A stretch of 63,928 nt of DNA, filler included, from Aduncisulcus paluster (taxonomy: Eukaryota): the NCBI GenBank assembly GCA_024181965.1. It is 6 parts of 6 records of this genome, joined end to end, with 100 filler letters (N's around TTAATTAATTAA, not from the genome) between each part and the next. Parts side by side here need not be neighbours in the genome. Positions count along the whole stretch, not along the records: positions 11,684 to 34,744 come from BQXS01012466.1; 5 more parts are not named here. The stretch is one strand, 5' to 3'. A program made the position numbers and the translations under genes. The notes beneath the pieces were generated by a model. That model was not told the origin of the DNA, searched no databases, and saw only the letters and a program-made list of their open reading frames with translations. Shown here in pieces: positions 12,909 through 25,200 of this stretch (its first letter is position 1; each line of letters opens with the position of its first letter).

Positions 12909-15488
12909 ATGTCAGATCATACACCAAAATCGCTTGGTGAAATGGTAAGTACCCCCATAGCTCATTCGGCGAGTCCTGCTGATAGTTCACCCCCAGAATC
13001 CCAATCTACAGCACTTAATTTAAAGCCTATAGGATCTCTAGCTACCATGAGTTCTCTTAGAAAGAGTTCAATGAGTAGATTCCGATCCCGACACAATACA
13101 AATTCTTCAAACTCTGATATCTCCCCTTCCAAACCTTGGAGCCAGTCCCTTCCATCACCAAGAAGAGCTACGGTTCCATCTAGGCGTCCTCCTCTTCGAG
13201 CGTCCCATAGTCATTCATTTGCCGACGAAGAGGCGAGTTCACCTGTTCTCGCGTCCGATGTATTCAAATATTCACAACAACCAAGGCGTCATAGTTATCA
13301 AGAGAGGGGTGGTAACCATAAAAAGAGTAAGTGGAAGAGTATTCGTGTTGTTTGTCGAGTCAGACCGATGTTACCAAAAGAGCTTGCTGAGGGAGAGAAA
13401 GCCAGTTGTGATGTCGAAGATCACAAAGTTAGAGCCATGGATCCCCATGGTAAGGCTACGTTATATCGTTTTGCGTCTGCTCTCCCCCCTGGTGCCGGTC
13501 AAGAAAGCGTATATGATGCCGTTCTTCTTGATGATATTGTCGACCACGTTATCCACGGATACGGTGCATGTATGCTTGCATATGGACAGACAGGAAGTGG
13601 AAAATCGCATACGATGATTGGACCCGACGGAGGTATCGAAATACCTTCTCCCAGTGATAACAATGCAGGAGTAATCCCCCGTACAATTCATAAATTATTT
13701 ACACAAACAAAAAGCCTCACTTTATCGTTCTGTGAGGTGTATAATGAACAAGTATTCGACCTATTACACGAAATACGAATGACAATCGAGAAAATGAAAG
13801 GAATAATACATAAAGACGTCGCGGCAGGTCTTGCTAAACCCTTAAAAATTAAATGGGATCGAGATGACGGATTCTATGTTGATGATCTTACTACTGTTAC
13901 TGTCACATCAGCCGAAGAGGCCATCCAAGTCCTTCAAATTGGCACTTCTGCAAGGAAAGTTGCCTCACATGATCTGAATAGAGCCTCATCAAGGAGTCAT
14001 GGAATTCTGGATATCAAGTTAGGAAACGGTGGCCGGTTAATGTTCGGTGATCTTGCCGGTAGCGAACGGTTGAAGGCCTCTAAAGTGTCCGGTATTCATG
14101 CTAAAGAGACCGGACACATCAATAAGTCTTTGTTTATTCTTGGAACGGTGATTAATGCACTCTCATCATCTTCTTCAAACAAACTGAGTCTCATTTCCTC
14201 ACGGATCAGAGAGACTGTCCTTACAAAGCTTCTTGGAGCTACTTTGACTGGAAATAGTATAACATGCCTCGTTGCTTGTGTGAATCCTTGTCTCCGCCAG
14301 GGTGCTGAGACCTTGAGAACCCTTGATTATGCATCTACAGCACAGAACATTCGTACAAAACCCATACTCAGGAGTGTGACTGGGAAATCAAGGGATTCTG
14401 CTGGTGAAGAAGGATCACAGGGGTTCGAAAGGGCAGCCAAGCTTCAAAGTGAAGTGGCAGCACTTCAGCTTCAGCTCAGAGCTTATCGCAGACAGATTCA
14501 GAAACTTGGAGGAGTGCCTCAAGAACCGTCTGGACTGTTGAACAAGATAATGCGGAAATCGGAAGATCTTCTAGTGCAAGAAATGCAGAGAAAAGTCAAG
14601 AAACCAGTCGATGTCCTTGCTCAAATAAGGGAAAAAGATTCCAGTTCTGGTTCTGGAAGAGGAGGCGAAGGTGATGAGTACGATGATGATCCTAAACTTA
14701 TGAGTTCCCATCCACAGAGAGTGACCACACAGCCTCGCAGGATTCCATTGAAAGATCGAGGGAAGTTTTTAGGTCCCGAATCCCCCCCTGCCACTTCAAT
14801 GAAGGGTTCTCTTGCATCTTCCATGGATTATTTCACATCTCCAATGTCGAGCAGTGCTAGTGGAGGAGGAGGTCGTGGAGGAAGTTTCAGAAGCTCGTCT
14901 GTGGCTTCTCCCATGAAAACACCAAGATCTTCACGGCACCAGAAAATGACATCGCCTCACTCTTCTTCTGTCGTATCACAAGGTTCAAGATCCACAACAA
15001 GGAGACGCGCTGTTCCAAGCTCTCCGGGAGAATTCAGTGATATCTCAGAACTCAGTGAAAGTCGAGGGAGTAGCCGGGACTCGAAACAAAGTCGGGGTGG
15101 TCGGAGAATGGGTCTTGATAGCACTCATTTCCATGCCGATGCACTTGAGCGGGTTCAAATGGAGAATGTTGTCCTCACACATGCCCTTGAGGACTTGAAG
15201 GAACAGTTATCAACACTTACTCAAGGTTCCCCAAATAGAATTGGTCACGCTTTTTCAACCGGTGAAATGTCGTCCATTGGCGGTCCGTTCACTTCGTCCG
15301 CCTATGAGCCCAGTGGTATTGGAGGCAGTGAAGGATATGACATGCGGACGAGGAGAAAACGTCGGAAGATGAGAAAACCTGTGAGTTCTTTTAGTTCTTT
15401 CAAACCTCGAAGCTCATCTTCAGACGCATTGAGTGTATCCCACTCTTTCCATCCTCCTCGCAGAGCCACTGTACACTATGGGGCCTGA
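12909..15488 (+). CDS. Kinesin motor protein (KIF12/kinesin-16-like)
   Basis: IRVVCRVRP, P-loop GQTGSGKS, switch I NRASSRSH, switch II DLAGSER, INKSL, ETLRTLDYA, followed by a coiled coil. KWDRDDGFYVDDL resembles KIF12. A last exon at 15570-15686 is possible. Confidence 0.9.
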   Translation: MSDHTPKSLGEMVSTPIAHSASPADSSPPESQSTALNLKPIGSLATMSSLRKSSMSRFRSRHNTNSSNSDISPSKPWSQSLPSPRRATVPSRRPPLRASHSHSFADEEASSPVLASDVFKYSQQPRRHSYQERGGNHKKSKWKSIRVVCRVRPMLPKELAEGEKASCDVEDHKVRAMDPHGKATLYRFASALPPGAGQESVYDAVLLDDIVDHVIHGYGACMLAYGQTGSGKSHTMIGPDGGIEIPSPSDNNAGVIPRTIHKLFTQTKSLTLSFCEVYNEQVFDLLHEIRMTIEKMKGIIHKDVAAGLAKPLKIKWDRDDGFYVDDLTTVTVTSAEEAIQVLQIGTSARKVASHDLNRASSRSHGILDIKLGNGGRLMFGDLAGSERLKASKVSGIHAKETGHINKSLFILGTVINALSSSSSNKLSLISSRIRETVLTKLLGATLTGNSITCLVACVNPCLRQGAETLRTLDYASTAQNIRTKPILRSVTGKSRDSAGEEGSQGFERAAKLQSEVAALQLQLRAYRRQIQKLGGVPQEPSGLLNKIMRKSEDLLVQEMQRKVKKPVDVLAQIREKDSSSGSGRGGEGDEYDDDPKLMSSHPQRVTTQPRRIPLKDRGKFLGPESPPATSMKGSLASSMDYFTSPMSSSASGGGGRGGSFRSSSVASPMKTPRSSRHQKMTSPHSSSVVSQGSRSTTRRRAVPSSPGEFSDISELSESRGSSRDSKQSRGGRRMGLDSTHFHADALERVQMENVVLTHALEDLKEQLSTLTQGSPNRIGHAFSTGEMSSIGGPFTSSAYEPSGIGGSEGYDMRTRRKRRKMRKPVSSFSSFKPRSSSSDALSVSHSFHPPRRATVHYGA

Positions 15489-16412
15489 TGAGTAGGGAGT
15501 ACAGTATAGTACAGTATAGTTGGATGGATATTGGAGAGAAGAAATACTGAGGATTCATTCTATTTTTAGGTTTGTGAGAAACTTATCTCCTCAGCAGTGA
15601 GGAGACGCACTACCGATCCCTCAGAGAAATCGAAAATTACAATTGACATCTTAAAATCGTTACAATCAACAAACAACACAACATGAATTTGAAGATATCA
15701 TTTTATCACCTTTCTAAAGCCATTTCACTTTTTTTTTTTTTTCTGTTTTTTTTTTTTTTTTTTTGTATTTTACTATATTATTATTTCTCTCATCAGTAGT
15801 TGTAAAAGAGTAGTAACGATTATAATATTTTATTGATTATCTATTTTTAGAGATCTATATTTATATTTTTTATTTTATTGTTTTTTCTATCTTAGATTAT
15901 ATTATTTCTCTTTATATTCTGACTTATTTGCCTCATTTACTCATTGTCTATTTATAGATGTGATATATTTTGGCACGTAAGACGTTAAATTAAAAAGATT
16001 TAGAACATTTCATTTCTATCTTGAAATGTTTTAATTCTGAATATGAATCGATCAATCTATCTATACCTTTAGATTTTTATTCTCACTGAATTCTAAATTT
16101 AGACTATACTCCTTGTTCTATAATTTTTCTGAATTGACCAGAACAACTGTGTGGTTGAACAACTGGTCATTCCTTTTCTGCAAAGTGAACATGTTGCTAA
16201 TGTGTGGCTATTATATCTTCAAGAGAATAAAACTTGTTTGTTTGCATAAAAAGCTTGTGATAAAGCTCAGTTTCCACACCGTTCCACTGAATCTTGTCGT
16301 ATAGAGGATTATTCCACAATTTCGAGATGGTTATTAACCAAAGTGCTAACAAAAATATCTTAAAAACAAAATTTATGTTGAAAATGTGTTAAAAGAAAAA
16401 TTAACAAACCAT

Positions 16413-16981
16413 CTCTGGAGGTGTGGAGAAAACTGGAAATCAGACAATATGATCATCTGTCAGTAAGTCCACAACATTCACAAACTACAACCATAACTCA
16501 TCATCATATAATAAAACTTTACAATGCAATATGTGAACAAAACTCGGGACTTAGGAAACGATTTTGTGTCAGGAGTGGAATGACAAGACTGGTATCCAAT
16601 ATATGTTAGAAAGAAACCATTTATATTTTTTAATTGATATATTCTGCAATGTCATCTTGCATTGTTATTATACAGAGTTTTGAATTCTAAAACTTCATTT
16701 ATTCCCGTTGTAAAAGAAATATTGAAAATATTGTATGTCATAATTTTTCGTTAGTTAGATATTAACTTCTTGTCAATCCATAATCACCATGTTTTATTCA
16801 CTGGTTCTCTCGCTGGCTGTTCTTTTTTGTTCTTGTCGTCATTTCCTCCTTGAAATTCACTAAATTGTTCGATGATTGTGGTGACATTCTTTGTTAAAAT
16901 TATCATATTATCGTTTTATTATTGTTCGTGTTCTCATCATAGACATTTTAGAACATCATGGATCCAAAACCAAGCTCAGAA
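16413..16981 (+). repeat. Duplicated upstream region of repeat-kinase genes (copy at 38482-39056)
   Basis: About 570 bp of high similarity ending in ATGGATCC...CCAAGCTCAGAA in both contigs B and C. Confidence 0.85.
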
Positions 16982-19900
16982 CGTAGCCAAGATATTGTAT
17001 GTTTCTGAAAGTTTTCGAATTTATACATTTTATGATGTTTGATATCATTAATTTGAAAATTAATGCCCATATTGCTTTCATGACATCTTTTCTCTTTCGG
17101 GCGTTTTTTATTGCTTCATTTCCACCAAAAACTCAATTAAATTTTGTAGATTCAAGAGGTTAAACCAAAGTTTATTCATGAAGGTTATTTATCTTGCTCT
17201 CCAATTCCTCGAGATGCTGCGAATGTTAAGAGTCCTGATATAACTGTTATCAAAGCCAAGAATAGGACCAAGGAAGAAGGCGATGAAGAATATGATCAGA
17301 GTTCCAATGCACAAAAGATGATGAAAGGAGAGGGTCATTGCGGACCATTTACAGACATCTCCCTTCCATTCTCCACATCTACTCCCATTAAAGGTGCTTA
17401 TATTTGTATTGGAGGAGAATCATCCATTTATCCGCCCCCGTCACACCTTATCTTCTCTCTTACCTCCTCAAAGGGGGAGAAAATGGTAAAAAAATATGAA
17501 TTTCCTGAATTAGAAAAAAAAAGCTGGTTCTTTCTCCCTATTGATCTCCCTGATGTTGTTCTATGTGAGATTACAGGGAAAGGAAGAAAGGAAGAGTCTT
17601 TTAGAATCGAATCTCTCATATTTGTAAGAGAAGAAACTCCTGAAGAAATCAAAGCTTGTGAAGCCAGAGAGAAACTATGGTCTGAAGCTCCTGTCGTGAA
17701 ACCAGAGTTTGTTAAGAAAGGAGATAGAGATTCTATTCCTATTCCGCGTGGTGATCCAAAGCTTGTTGATCCTTCATTCTCAATGGTTAAGGGCAAGGAT
17801 GATGCGTTTAGTAAGGAATCTGAGAAGTATGATCAGAGTTCAAATGCACAAAAAATGTTAAAAGGGGAAGGTGGTGTATGGTTATCCCATATTTCCATTC
17901 CTTTCCCATCACCTAGTCCAATGAAAGGTGCCTATATCTGTGTGGATAACGGTTATAGTTCACCCTCTCTTCTCTTCACTTTCACTGATTGTGATGGTAA
18001 GAAGACATCCAAGAAGTATGAATTCACAAGACCTAAACATGGAGATGAATGGCTCTTCCTTCCTATTGATTTGGCTAACGTTGTATTGTGTGAGATTGAA
18101 GGGAAAGGAACGTGGGGACGGAAGAATAGTCGATGTTTTGACATCTCCTCCCTCGTATTCTTTCGAGAAGAAACCCCTGAAGAACGTTGTATTCGGGAAC
18201 AATGGTCTAAAGCTGTATGTTCATTATATTTTATTGGTTTAATATTTTCACATTTCTTTGTTTTATTATTTGATACGATTCACGCTAATCTTGTTTTACA
18301 ATATTATCTCTCAATTTGTTTCTAATACCATTATATCTCTCTTTTTCAAAAATGATATGTAGCCCACCATTAAATCAGAGTTTGTGAATTCTGGCGATGC
18401 ATCTGCTATCCCCATTCCACGTGGTAATGCAGCCGTTAATAACCCTTCTTTTGAGATGGTCAAGGGAAAGAATGATTTGTATTGTAAGGAATCTGAGGAG
18501 TATGACCGAAGTGAAGAAGCTCAAAAAATGTTGAAAGGTGAAGGAGAAGTGAAATTATCCCATCTTTCCATCCCTTTTCCATCACCTAGTCCAATGAAAG
18601 GTGCTTATATCTGTGTGGATAAGGATTCCAGTTCACCCTCTCTTCTCTTCACTTTCACTGATTGTGATGGTAAGAAGACATCCAAGAAGTATGAATTCAC
18701 AGAACCTGGACATGAATATGAATGGCACTTCCTTCCTATTGATTTGGCTAATGTTGTATTGTGTGAGATTGAAGGGAAAGGAATGTGGAGACGGTAGAAT
18801 GGTCGATATTTTGCAATATTTTCTTTAGTTTTCCTCCAACAACGTATTTTATTGGGAACAGTTGAATATATCTATAGAGGAGATCATTCATGCATTCCAA
18901 TCCCTAGAGATGATCCAACATTTATCAGTCCAGATTTTACTGCAATCAATGCAAGAATGGAAACGGAAAATGAAACTGATTCTGAGTATAGTATAGTATC
19001 TAGCTCTGATGATGAAAGTGATTACCAATATTTTGATGATGAGAGAGAAATCTATGATGTTGATCGGAGCAGGTCTGCACAAGCGATGATGAAAGGAGAG
19101 TTTGGTCCTATTAATGGTCATTTTAAGTTTTCTAATATTTCCATTCCTTTCAAATCATCATCAACATCTATAAATTGTGCCTATGTCTGTTTATCATCTC
19201 GTAAGTCTTCATCTCTTACATTCAAATTCACTTCTTCAAATGGAAGCAAAATATCATATTTTTATAAATTTGATGCTGAATCCGAAGATCGTTGGTTTAA
19301 GCTTTCAATTGGTCTCTCTGATGTTATTTCATGTGATATCAAAGGAGATGAAGAAGAAAGGGAGAATTTTTCTATTTCTTCCCTTGCTTTTTATCGAGAA
19401 GAAACTCCTGATGAAGAGATTGATCGAGAAAAACAAAGAATATATCTTAAAGAACTCTGGTTGAAATCCCCACCTGTGAAACCAATGTCTGTAACCAAAG
19501 AAATTGCAGATTTCCTAGATATATCAATCATCAATCCTTCATTTTCAATGGTTAAGGGAAAGGATGATGTATGTTGTAAGGAATCTGAGAAGTATGATCA
19601 GAGTTTAGAAGCTCAAAGAATGATGAAAGGGGAAGGTTTTGGTTGGGTGGAATTATCCCATCTTTCTATCCCTTTTCCATCACTTAATTCAATTAAAGGT
19701 GCATATATTACTTTATCTGTTTATTTTATCCCTGCTCTTCTCTTCACTTTCACTCTTTCGAATGGTATTAAGATATCCAAGAAGTATGAATTCACAAAAC
19801 CAACAGAAACTAAATATGATGAATCTGAATCTAAATATTACTTCTTTCTTCCTATTGAGCTTCCAAAGGTTGTATTATGTGAGATTCAGGGAAAAGGAAC

Positions 19901-22116
19901 ATGGGAACATGAGAAGAGTCGAAGTTTTCAAATAGATTCCCTCATTTTCATTAAAGGTGAAGAGATTCCTCCCCTTCCTTCAGATTCCACAAAGCTTATC
20001 AAACCAAACTCTTTCACCCTAACTTCCTCTGCAACCATCACTCCTCAGTGCATCATTGGTTATGGTGGATTTGGTGAAGTTCTTCTTGTTGAAGTTGAAG
20101 GTATTCCTATTCCTTGTGTTCTGAAGAAAATGCTCCATGAAGCTGATGAAAGGGTTGTTAACGGATGTCAAAAGGAGTTCAAGATGCAACGAAAGTTATT
20201 TAACAACCCCAAATGTTTCAATCGTATCCCTCGTCCTTTGTATATCCTTGACCTGCTTGATGCAGATATGAAAGGTGAATATGGATTTATCATGGAATAT
20301 TGTGCTGGAGGCAGTGTGAGTGCATTTGCTAGAAGTTGGTGTGATGATGGCAAGTATGTGAGTGATATTGGTGATGCTGATGATAGTGAAGATTCTGATT
20401 CATCTTGTATTTCTGATTCTGACTCCAAGAATGATATTGACACAACTCATATTGATCCCATGACACTAAATCCTGTGAATGTGAGTGCTCTCTGTGTTGG
20501 AATGATTGAGTGTCTTGATGATGTGTTTAGAGCTAAGAAGAGTCTTGTTCATCGAGATGTTAAACCAGACAACTTCCTTGTTCGTGTTGATCATGATTCA
20601 AAGAAATGTAGCATTGTTCTCTCTGATCTTGGAATGGTCCAAGTCTTGGATTCTATCACATCATCTGTAACTTCCAAGAGTTATATTCCTTCCTCTTCTT
20701 CCACCAAACAAGAAAAACGACTTTCACAACCTAAACCCTCTGCGTGTGGAACTATCGTGTATAATTCTTATGAGACTCTCTGTGAAGGAAAACAGACTCA
20801 AAAGAGTGATGGATATTCTCTTGGAATGTCGATTCTTTCGTTATTCTTATGTGAGCAACCTTTCACTTCATTGCCCATCTTCAGAGAGGTTTATAGGAAA
20901 GTTCGCATGGGAGAAGCTGATGATTTTGATATTATGAAATTATTAAAGCGTTTGATGGAACATGATATGTGTCAACGCCTATCTCGATCTTCTTTGTTTA
21001 AATCCTTGTTAACCATTGAAGATGGGAAATATAAACCTGTTCATAAGGTTTTGAATGAAATATTCACAGGTCTCACCCAACTCGATGAAGATGAACGTAT
21101 GAGTGTTCATGAAGCTCGCAAGAAGGTGCAATCCATCAAAGATTTACTGCCCCAGATTGGGGAAGGATTTGAATGTTCATCCATTGAGGATATTATTGAA
21201 ATGCAGCTNNNNNNNNNNNNNNNNNNNNCTTGGAATGTCGATTCTTTCGTTATTCTTATGTGAGCAACCTTTCACTTCATTGCCCATCTTCAGAGAGGTT
21301 TATAGGAAAGTTCGCATGGGAGAAGCTGATGATTTTGATATTATGAAATTATTAAAGCGTTTGATGGAACATGATATGTGTCAACGCCTATCTCGATCTT
21401 CTTTGTTTAAATCCTTGTTAACCATTGAAGATGGGAAATATAAACCTGTTCATAAGGTTTTGAATGAAATATTCACAGGTCTCACCCAACTCGATGAAGA
21501 TGAACGTATGAGTGTTCATGAAGCTCGCAAGAAGGTGCAATCCATCAAAGATTTACTGCCCCAGATTGGGGAAGGATTTGAATGTTCATCCATTGAGGAT
21601 ATTATTGAAATGCAGCTTTTAAAACATGGAAGTGTTTCTGGATCCATTGAAGAAGATGAAGGTGAGAAAGCGAGGGATGATCAAGTTACTTCTACATCAA
21701 AACTCCAAAGTGAGGAGAAAGAATTTCGTCATATTCCTTCCTATGAAAGAGAAAGAAATGAAGAAGACCACGAAGACATTGATCGTATTCAGAAAAGTTC
21801 TGATGGATATGAAGAGTATGAGAAGGAATATGGAAGTGAGAAAGAACAGGATGAACCTTTTGCAGTTTCGTTACCCTCAAAAATTCAAAGCACGGAGAAA
21901 GAAAATCGTGATATCCCTTCATATCTTCGAGAAAGTCAAGCCTCTCGTAGGGACGATCAAGAGATTCATATTTCACAAACTTCCATGCCAATTTCAACAA
22001 TCCAAAGTTCCGTTGGTGATCACAGGGATATGATGTCATTTACTGTTGATATTGATATTCAAGGTCAAAGGATAATCAAACCAAAGGAAAAGGAAGTGGA
22101 TTCTACAGTGGAATAA
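16958..22116 (+). CDS. Repeat-kinase gene B1: five beta-rich repeats + Ser/Thr-type kinase + acidic tail; one in-frame TAG (possible pseudogene)
   Basis: Exons 16958-16996, 17150-18214, 18363-end. GTATGT...TAG phase-0 introns at 16997-17149 and 18215-18362 restore the frame. Kinase motifs GYGGFG, VLKK, HRDVKPDN, DLG, GTIVYNSYE. TAG at 18795-18797. Gap 21209-21228 duplicates 20820-21208. Confidence 0.8.
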
Positions 22117-22290
22117 TCAACATTCTACAAGTGAAGATCATAACATGTGGAGACAGACATCAAAAAATAAACAATTCTCCAATGGTGATGAATTCCAAGT
22201 GAGATATAAGTCAGAAACACTTTCATTCGCTACATTTCATCTCTCAAAACAACCATCACACTACTCACACTACTCACACGCACACACACG

Positions 22291-25200
22291 CTACTCGATT
22301 TTGAACAGCTTCCACCCTTCCTTGGTAACCTCCAGCATTTCTTTGTGGAATGGAATGACAGATTTTCGATGTGCAACACTAATCATCGTGATCCCACGGG
22401 ATTCCATCTTCCCCAGTAACCTCTCTTCCAAGTCTTGGGGCAAGGCTGACGTGGATTCATCCATCACAGCAAATCGAGGATTGTGCCATAATACTCTTGC
22501 AAACCCAAGACGTTGCTTCTCTCCACCACTCAAAATATCTGCCCAAGGTTGGACACAATCGAGCGAATATCTGTCAAGAAGATAGTCCAACTCAGTGAGT
22601 TTGAGGATATCAGAAAAGATATGCTTGGGAGTTCTGCAAATCTGGGATTCGGGATGTGGATAGACGAGTTGAGCACGAAGAGAGGCTCCATGGATAATGT
22701 AAGGACTCTGAGGAACAAAGAAGATCCCAGATCCAACATCCTTGGGTCGAACGAGTTTATGATGATTACTTTGGATGGGCCATAGACCACCGATGACTCG
22801 AAGAAGACTGCTCTTACCGACTCCACTTGGACCAAGAATAACATTCCTTCCTCTTCTTCCACCAAACAAGAAAAACGACTTTCACAACCTAAACCCTCTG
22901 CGTGTGGAACTATCGTGTATAATTCTTATGAGACTCTCTGTGAAGGAAAACAGACTCAAAAGAGTGATGGATATTCTCTTGGAATGTCGATTCTTTCGTT
23001 ATTCTTATGTGAGCAACCTTTCACTTCATTGCCCATCTTCAGAGAGGTTTATAGGAAAGTTCGCATGGGAGAAGCTGATGATTTTGATATTATGAAATTA
23101 TTAAAGCGTTTGATGGAACATGATATGTGTCAACGCCTATCTCGATCTTCTTTGTTTAAATCCTTGTTAACCATTGAAGATGGGAAATATAAACCTGTTC
23201 ATAAGGTTTTGAATGAAATATTCACAGGTCTCACCCAACTCGATGAAGATGAACGTATGAGTGTTCATGAAGCTCGCAAGAAGGTGCAATCCATCAAAGA
23301 TTTACTGCCCCAGATTGGGGAAGGATTTGAATGTTCATCCATTGAGGATATTATNNNNNNNNNNNNNNNNNNNNTGATCCCACGGGATTCCATCTTCCCC
23401 AGTAACCTCTCTTCCAAGTCTTGGGGCAAGGCTGACGTGGATTCATCCATCACAGCAAATCGAGGATTGTGCCATAATACTCTTGCAAACCCAAGACGTT
23501 GCTTCTCTCCACCACTCAAAATATCTGCCCAAGGTTGGACACAATCGAGCGAATATCTGTCAAGAAGATAGTCCAACTCAGTGAGTTTGAGGATATCAGA
23601 AAAGATATGCTTGGGAGTTCTGCAAATCTGGGATTCGGGATGTGGATAGACGAGTTGAGCACGAAGAGAGGCTCCATGGATAATGTAAGGACTCTGAGGA
23701 ACAAAGAAGATCCCAGATCCAACATCCTTGGGTCGAACGAGTTTATGATGATTACTTTGGATGGGCCATAGACCACCGATGACTCGAAGAAGACTGCTCT
23801 TACCGACTCCACTTGGACCAACAATAACAATTCCTCTCTTCTTCTTCTTCTTCTCCTTCTTCTTAATGAAACTGCAACCATGCTGTGAATCGTCATGTGA
23901 AAGTTCAGACGTTTTTGATGGTTCTATTTTAGAATCATGTTCAACATCAACAACCTGTTGTTCTTCATCACCAACGGTCACAACCAGATCCAGACATTTC
24001 ACAAGAGTTTCACCCTTTGGAGAGAGCACAGAAGCATTCGTAAGCTTAATTAAGTCAGGATTATGCTCACATCGATCAGAGTCAGTGATTTGGATGTTTT
24101 CCAAGGATTGATGCATCTGTGAGACACGAGATAAAGTTCCCGTGAAGGCAGCAAATTGCGGGGCAAGGTTCAGGAATAAACACAAAGATGCGAGAATCTG
24201 ATTAATGTCGGCCAAAATGACTTGGAATGTTTGGATATCTATCCCTTTCTCGAACAAATACACCATAATGATTGGCAGGATGGAAACAGCAAGTTCGTAC
24301 AAGATGTGGTTTGTAAGTGAAGCCCAAAACGTTATCCCTGCCAATCGTGTTTGCTCCATTATTAGTGGTTGGAACACTCTTTCTGCTTCCTTCCGACACT
24401 CATCTTCACCTTCATAAAATGCAATACTTTCAGCAAACTCACGATACCTTGAATGGACAGATCGGAAGTTTCCCTCCAATTTCTGACGATGAGCAGTGGC
24501 TGCCTTCACTCTATAAGTCGACAATGTCTGCACAAGGACAAACAGCACAAAGGTGGCAAGAGGAGTAACAACAAGACGCCAGTCATGGACGGACACCAAT
24601 TGAGCCATGAACACAACAATATCGATCACAACTATCCATGCGCCTTGTCCTCCGAACACAAGGGACTGTGTTTGGGGCACTGTGGATCCACATATGGAAT
24701 AAATAGCCAAGGAAGTATCAGCAACAATACGTTGGTCACTGTTGTCAATCCCTTTGAAGTTTGTCTCTACTTGGTAAAAGTTATTATTCGAAAAGTACAA
24801 ACCGTGAAGATGTTTGGTTGTGTTGAATCGCATGTAATTGCCAAGTTTAAGGGAACCAAAGTCCATGATGCTCTGTGAAATGAGAGTGATGAAACCCCAC
24901 ATGACAGATTGACTTGTGAGTGAAGCTAATTTGTCCATATCAATGGAATCTCCTCCATCAGAGCAAGATACGACAGAGACAAAGCCGCTAGTTACTGTAA
25001 TCGTGGCAGCAAGTGCAATGGGCACGAGAATAGTTACACATATGACAGTGAACAAAGTGGCAAATTCAACAGTTGCAAGGGATTTGATTCCTTTTGAAAT
25101 AAGCATTCCCAATGATTGGAAAAAACCAAGTGGCGCTGGAACCTCCTCACGTTCATCGAATTCTGCCTCTTTAGCTGTCAAAGGAACATCATACTTCTTC

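Noticed and set aside
18795..18797. TAR-to-Gln genetic code as in hexamitid diplomonads
   Set aside because: Multi-kb ORFs contain no TAA/TAG, genes end in TAA, TAG and TGA, and the aligned residue at this TAG is Lys.
22291..23571. Kinase-ABC fusion ORFs and a separate small ABC gene
   Set aside because: They are produced by a duplicated block and a 20-N gap; the pieces are identical to neighbouring genes.
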